Positions 48,600 through 51,308 of a stretch of DNA of 51,308 nt are shown piece by piece; the stretch's first letter is position 1; each line of letters opens with the position of its first letter. The notes beneath the pieces were generated by a model, which was given only the letters and a program-made list of their open reading frames with translations, was not told the origin of the DNA and searched no databases. The DNA comes from Octopus bimaculoides (Eukaryota), in NCBI RefSeq assembly GCF_001194135.2, contig NC_069003.1:27662057-27713364 (forward strand), in the 5' to 3' direction. Position numbers and translations under genes: made by a program.

Positions 48600-50330
48600 C
48601 TCTCTGGTGCGTTGGTAAGGGACGTTAATGTACCTGATTGTGTAGGAAGGAGTGTTAGGTGAATGAAAAGGATTGGAAGGTCAGGCAAGTGTTTACCCAG
48701 GTTCCATTTGGTGTTGATCTTGACCGAGATATGCTTAATGACTTGATATTTGATTGGCTTTCTGAAATGGGAAGAGGAAAAATGTTTCCTCACTTTTGTT
48801 CACATCGTTTGCTGGTAAAGCGTCTTCAGTTTCCTTGGTGCATTCATTACACTTGTTTTACTCCACCAATTGTACATTTTTATTCTGCCTGATAGTCGGT
48901 TCCTTCAGATCCCTTTCATGCAACTGACGATGTTTGAAAGCAAGTTAGAGCTGCTTTTTTTTTTATCTGTTTCTAAGCGTATTGTATTTGTCGCGACTTG
49001 AAGGTGGTCACGTTTTAAATGTCCCATCAAGTTCAGAAGTGTTACTTCTGACCTCTTTATTGAGACTAAAAATTACATTTCCTTTATAAAAATGGCTGAC
49101 TTTCATCATGCTCCATTAAGATATTATTGCAATGCGTTTCAAAGAAACTATATCTCATAGTAGTTACGTTCATATTGCACGGTAATTAAACCATATGAAT
49201 TTTTTCTACACTTACATCTCTTGGTTTTAGTGGAAATTGACTCCACTAACTATTCTTTCATCTAAATCACAATCCAATAGGATAGAAATAATTGAGGTGG
49301 TTTTGTTAAATACAGTCTTCTCTTTGAATAACTTAGAGATACGTCTACTAACATTGCTAATAATATACTTAATAACTTAGAGGGCAGTTTAGCCATTCTT
49401 TATTTAGTGGTTTCCTCATTTGTTTTATAGAATGAGAAGTGGTTGATAGTGTTTACTTTCATAGATAGTTGCCTATTTTTAGGTTTGTGTTTATTGCAAT
49501 ATTAAGATTTTATTGATTGAATATTCTAATGAGTTTCTAAAAATTGTACGTCTTTCTAATACGAGATTTTCATTGCCAGTTGTCTTTATACGATTCTGTC
49601 CTCGTATCTCCTATTTCACTTTGAGCTTATTTAAAATATGCAGGCCTACAATGCCAGAAATTTCTGCCTAGTCAAAACTACTCAAGGTTCGTCAAAGAAC
49701 CCTTTGTAGCTTTTCATCACTTACTACGAATTGGTGTAAAATAACCCTGACTTCCTGGCGTTCATAATTATACGAATGTTACATTCTGTGATGGTGACTG
49801 GACGGCGACGGATGGAATTATACTTTGTCAATTTGTATAATCCTACGGGTAGCTTTATCAAGCAATAACTTTTGAATCACTTAGATGTCTTGCTGATACG
49901 TATCCATTTAGTTAAATTATAGGCTGCTTACTTTCGTAAGATAATAGCATCTGGTATTCACTTGTTCACAGTATCTAATTTACATTTCACAGGGTATATT
50001 AATATAGACCTATCTTCTAGAGGAAATTTTCTTTGTGCTTGTAGTTCACAAACGGTTTGTGCGTATTAAGCCGTTCAACGTATCATCTAAATTCAATGTT
50101 GTAGCTAGTTACTTTGATTGCTTTGTTTCTACTATCCGTGTGCATACTAGAGTTCTGGTCTTCTATGTGTTTGTATTGTATTAGCAGCTTATTAAGTATC
50201 GGCCGCTTACACCGCTTTTAATATCGTCTGCTCTTACAAAATATATTTGAAGAATTTTGAGAGTGGTGTAGGAATTCATTTAGTGTTCTGAAATCTATTG
50301 CTTGTATTATTAAATTGTACTTTTTCAAAA
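48600..50330 (-). mobile_element. Possible very old Penelope-like element remnant
   Basis: Only weak hints: a CTGAAGA-C-GCT-loop-AGC-AAACG hammerhead-like remnant (~48800-48828, minus) and faint RT/GIY-YIG-like words in stop-ridden frames. Confidence 0.2.
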
Positions 50331-50337
50331 CGAAAAC

Positions 50338-50535
50338 TTGGGAGAATCGTTACTGCGCGACATAAAATGCTTAGCGGCATTTCTTCTGTCTTTACGTTCT
50401 GAATTCAGATGTAACCGAGATCAGCTGTGCCTTTTATCCTTTCGGAGTCGTACCAGTCGAGAATTGGGGTCAATGTAATCGACTTACACCTTCTCTCAAA
50501 AATTTCAGGCCTTGTGCTTAAATTAGAAAACATTA
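50338..50535 (+). mobile_element. SINE family A, degraded
   Basis: AGAATCGTTA..AAAATGCTTAGCGGCATTTC..TTTACGTTCTGA..GCCTTTTATCCTTTCGGAGTCG. Confidence 0.7.
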
Positions 50536-51239
50536 TTAAATCGTGTCTATCTCCGAAGATTTGGCGTTGTATTTTGAATTCCCTGAAGGAGTCAGTTAGC
50601 TTGAGACCCTCAGAGGGACTTAGTTGCGTTTGTGGTGTCAAGCGGAGAAAAGTATCCTGTAAAGGATGCAAAGTATAAACTAATGTTTATTATTATATAT
50701 GTTACAGGGTAAATACACTGCAAATACATTGGGTTTCTTGTTATGAGATGTAATCAGCCAACATTCATCAGTTGCCTAAATTCTGACTGTACTTCAAAAA
50801 TGAGGATGTTAGCAAAGATGGCCGCCAATAACAAAATGCTGTTGTTGAACGGAATGTAAATGTTTGTACTCGTTTCTACCGAAACAATGATTTTATAGTC
50901 TTAGATAAATAGCTATTGGAAAGTATATAATGTTTCTTTACTTGTAGCAGAATCGCAGATGTCCCGAGAGTAACAAGTCTACAAAATTGGCATACCCGCT
51001 CACATATCCACACCAGTTAAATAATAATTAATAATAACAGCAAAGTTATATATGGACACACACAGAGCCAATAACTGTATCACATAAATAATTGCACACA
51101 CATACAACTAATGACAGTGCAGAGAAGTCTACGTAATAAATGACTGCAAAATAAATAGCTGCAAAATACCATTACAAAATGTCATGAGGCCAATATATAG
51201 CTACGCACATACAAAAACACACATATATGTGTAACTGTA

Positions 51240-51308
<69 letters not shown>

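Overview
AT-rich, repeat-saturated eukaryotic DNA from a short-read assembly. There are 12 N-gaps (about 4847-4973, 10976-11883, 14102-14111, 18679-18734, 19833-20173, 21510-21582, 23068-23658, 25344-25620, 29969-30120, 30870-31224, 35800-36343, 44919-45363), most starting in microsatellite. The SINE families and microsatellite load resemble octopus/cephalopod DNA (inference from recall, not verified). No host protein-coding gene, rRNA, tRNA gene or CRISPR array can be confidently identified, so the window looks intronic/intergenic, and most ORFs in the supplied track are microsatellite or N artefacts. Well-supported content: five fossils of R4/Dong-like (REL-endonuclease) non-LTR retrotransposons, an internally deleted mariner, several MITEs, more than 25 tRNA-derived SINE copies or fragments from three families, Penelope-like terminal-repeat remnants and a ~107-bp minisatellite. 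Most notable: (1) a near-intact type I hammerhead ribozyme fold with palindromic stem III on a long stem at 36344-36436, with a diverged relative at ~19545 (retrozyme-like family); (2) a 592-bp MITE with an 8-bp TSD whose centre is an inverted (CCCTAA)n-(TTAGGG)n telomere-repeat palindrome; (3) a pre-miRNA-like hairpin at 13343-13419; (4) several inverted-repeat structures that could form dsRNA; (5) weak candidate exons. All alignments, translations and folds were done by eye.
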